Under the pieces are notes generated by a model. The model had not been told where the DNA came from. It saw only the letters and a program-made list of their open reading frames with translations, and searched no databases. This document shows positions 61,660 to 64,000 of a stretch of 64,000 nucleotides of DNA, piece after piece; the first letter of the stretch is position 1; each line of letters begins with the position of its first letter. A program made the translations under genes and the position numbers. Location: NCBI RefSeq assembly GCF_006345805.1, contig NC_043020.1, positions 2,790,001 to 2,854,000 of the forward strand, read 5' to 3'. Origin of the DNA: Octopus sinensis. Taxonomy: Eukaryota.

Positions 61660-62262
61660 TGCACAATGTTGAATAGTGGTGAGAAGTAATGATATCAAGG
61701 AGGTAAAGGAGTATGTTTATCTAGGGCACACAATGAACATGTGCTGAGATATGGATGCTGAAATCTCAAAGGAAATAAGGGTAGGAGAGAAGGCGTTTAA
61801 CCGAATAAAGGATGTGTGCCAAACGAAGAGAGACAATGCCATATTTACCAGACTCTTCAATAGCACCATCCTTTTATATGCAAAAGGAGACATGGGCTAC
61901 TGCAAAGAGGATAGAATGTTTGTTGGCTGTGACACACAGAGTCATGGAAAGATCTGTGCTTAGAAGACCATTATGGGGGCATATTGAAAATGTGATTGCT
62001 GAAGCATGAAACAGAGTGAACAGTGTGATGACAGAGTACTGAAAGCACAAGTTCCACTGGGCCAGATGTGTCACAAGGTTCAACAGGAGGATCCATGCAG
62101 TTGCTGAGTGGTATCCAAGAGATTGGAAAAGGCCCCTTGGAAGACCTCCATCGTGATGGGAAGATGATCTGGTTGAGTAGTTTGTGTCAAGATGGAAGAG
62201 AATAGTGCAATCAAGACAGAATTGTAAGTGCATAGTGACCAGTGGTGTACAACACAGCATCT
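61660..62262 (+). mobile_element. Decayed RTE-1-type LINE 3' part
   Basis: VKEYVYLGH, RLFNSTIL, ETWA, MERSVL and WYPRDWKRPLGRPP in shifted frames. Confidence 0.8.
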
Positions 62263-62608
62263 AATGATCTAGTCGATACTATACTGTACTATATATAGTA
62301 TATTATATATGTAATGAAAACAGATGATGGATGGGTTATTTGGCATTGCTATTAAAACGTTTGTTTTGTTAAGAATCTTTATTGTGACATAAGCATAGTA
62401 CAGTGATGTATGGAGTATGCACATCCGTAAAATTATGAAATATGTGAAGGAGTGGCTGTGTGGTAAGTAGCTTGCTTACCAACCACATGCTTCCGGGTTC
62501 AGTCCCATTGTGTGGCACCTTGGGCATGTGTCTTCTACTATAGCTTCGAGCCCAAAGCCTTGTGAGTGGATTTGGTTGAGGGAAACTGAAAGAAGCCTGT
62601 CGTATATA

Positions 62609-62699
<91 letters not shown>

Positions 62700-62976
62700 G
62701 TGTGTGTTTGTCTCCCCACCATCACTTGACAACTGACGCTGGTGTGTTTACATCCCCGTAACTTAGCGGTTTGGCAAAAAGAGACTGATAGAATATGTAC
62801 TAGGCTTCCAAAGTATATGTCCTGGGGGTTGATTTGCTCGACTAAAGGCGGTGCTCCAGCATGGCCACAGTCAAATGACTGAAACAAAAGAGTATGTCAT
62901 GCAACTCTCAGCTCGTCAGGCAACCACATGAACAAACGAGGAGTGACATTTTAATTAATCAACAGCTCGTCATACA

Positions 62977-63365
62977 GGTGGCGAGCTGGCAGAATCGTTA
63001 GCACGCCGGGCGAAATGCGTAGCCGTATTTCGTCTGTTGTTACGTTGTGAGTTCAAATTCCGCCGAGGTCGACTTTACCTTTCATCCTTTCGGGGTCGAT
63101 TAAATAAGTACCAGTTACGCACTGGGGTCAATATAATCGACTTAATCCGTTTGTCCCCTCTGTGTTTAGCCCCTTGTGGGTAGTAAGGAAATAGGTATTT
63201 CGTCTGCCGTTACGTTCTGAGTTCAAATTCCGCCGAGGTCGACTTTGCCTTTCATCCTTTCAGGGTCGATTAAATAAGTACCAGTTACGCACTGGGGTCA
63301 ATATAATCGACTTAATCCGTTTGTCCCCTCTGTGTTTAGCCCCTTGTGAGTAGTAAAGAAATAGG
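62977..63365 (+). mobile_element. SINE family B tandem dimer (young, CpG-rich)
   Basis: Two nearly identical units of about 170 bp following a ggcgagctggcagaatcgttagc head. Confidence 0.88.
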
Positions 63366-63544
63366 TTGTATGTCTGTGTGCACATATGTATGTGTGAGTG
63401 TGTGTGTGAGTGTGTATAAACGTGTGTGCACGTATGTGTCGAAACGCATGGTCATGCAATCATTAAGGCATTTAACGGTTAGAGAAATGCAATCGTTCTC
63501 TATAACAAGAAGAACAATACATTTCCGCAATCCGATATACTTAC

Positions 63545-63667
63545 CAAAGCATGAGACCTGGTCAGCTGCCATCCTGAATCCCTGCGGACAACTACAACGG
63601 AAGGAACCAGGAAGGTTCTCACATTCATAGGAACACCGTTTGTAAATTCCATTACATTCATCAATAT
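63545..63667 (-). CDS. Fibulin-1/2-like gene, cbEGF exon (gene continues beyond the window end)
   Basis: DIDECNGIYKRCSYECENLPGSFRCSCPQGFRMAADQVSCF. tttcag acceptor, G|gtaag donor, 123 nt, phase 1-1. Confidence 0.9.
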
Positions 63668-64000
63668 CTGAAACAAGGAAGAGCAGCATTTACCAAAATA
63701 GCTTCTGTTATTATTATTATTATTTTTTTTTTCCTAAGATGGCAAGCAAGCAAAATCGTTATGGCTTAGCAGTATTTCTTTCAGCTCTTTAAATTCTGAG
63801 TTCAAATTCTGCCAAGGTCCACTTTGCCCTTTATCCTTTCAGGGTTAGATAAAAAAAAAATAGCAGGGTGCATGAAATTGACTTATTCCCTCCCCTAAAA
63901 TTATTGGTCATATGTCAAAAGTTGAAACCATTTTATAATTGTTATTATTATTATTATTATTGTTATTATTATTATTATTATTATCAAGTGAGAGAGCAGT

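Overview
AT-rich, repeat-dense metazoan genomic DNA, not prokaryotic. The RTE-LINE, tRNA-SINE and (TA)n landscape is most consistent with an octopus or other coleoid cephalopod (inference). Three spliced protein genes were rebuilt by hand from GT-AG sites and reading phase. (1) A minus-strand GTSE1-like gene (ATG 20380 to stop 1442, 7 exons, about 1,100 aa) has a GTSE1-type N-terminus, C-terminal SxIP motifs and a G2/M-type promoter (MYB, CCAAT, CDE-CHR). Its giant third exon carries about 37 tandem copies of a 39-bp/13-aa repeat (LNESFTVKNQTLP), broken by three -1 indels. (2) A plus-strand MANBAL/UPF0239 gene (26387-35461, 79 aa) has an intron-containing tRNA-Lys(TTT) at 33423-33520 inside its intron. 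(3) The last three exons of a minus-strand fibulin-1/2-like gene run from 63667 to 51622. The rest is transposon debris: RTE, CR1, R4-like and BovB-like LINEs; mariner, hAT, piggyBac and Chapaev3-like DNA transposons; MITEs; tandem SINE arrays; and Penelope-style fold-backs with hammerhead-ribozyme-like cores. Most short ORFs in the supplied track are microsatellite or repeat artefacts. Transposon boundaries are approximate and family calls come from recalled motifs, not database searches.
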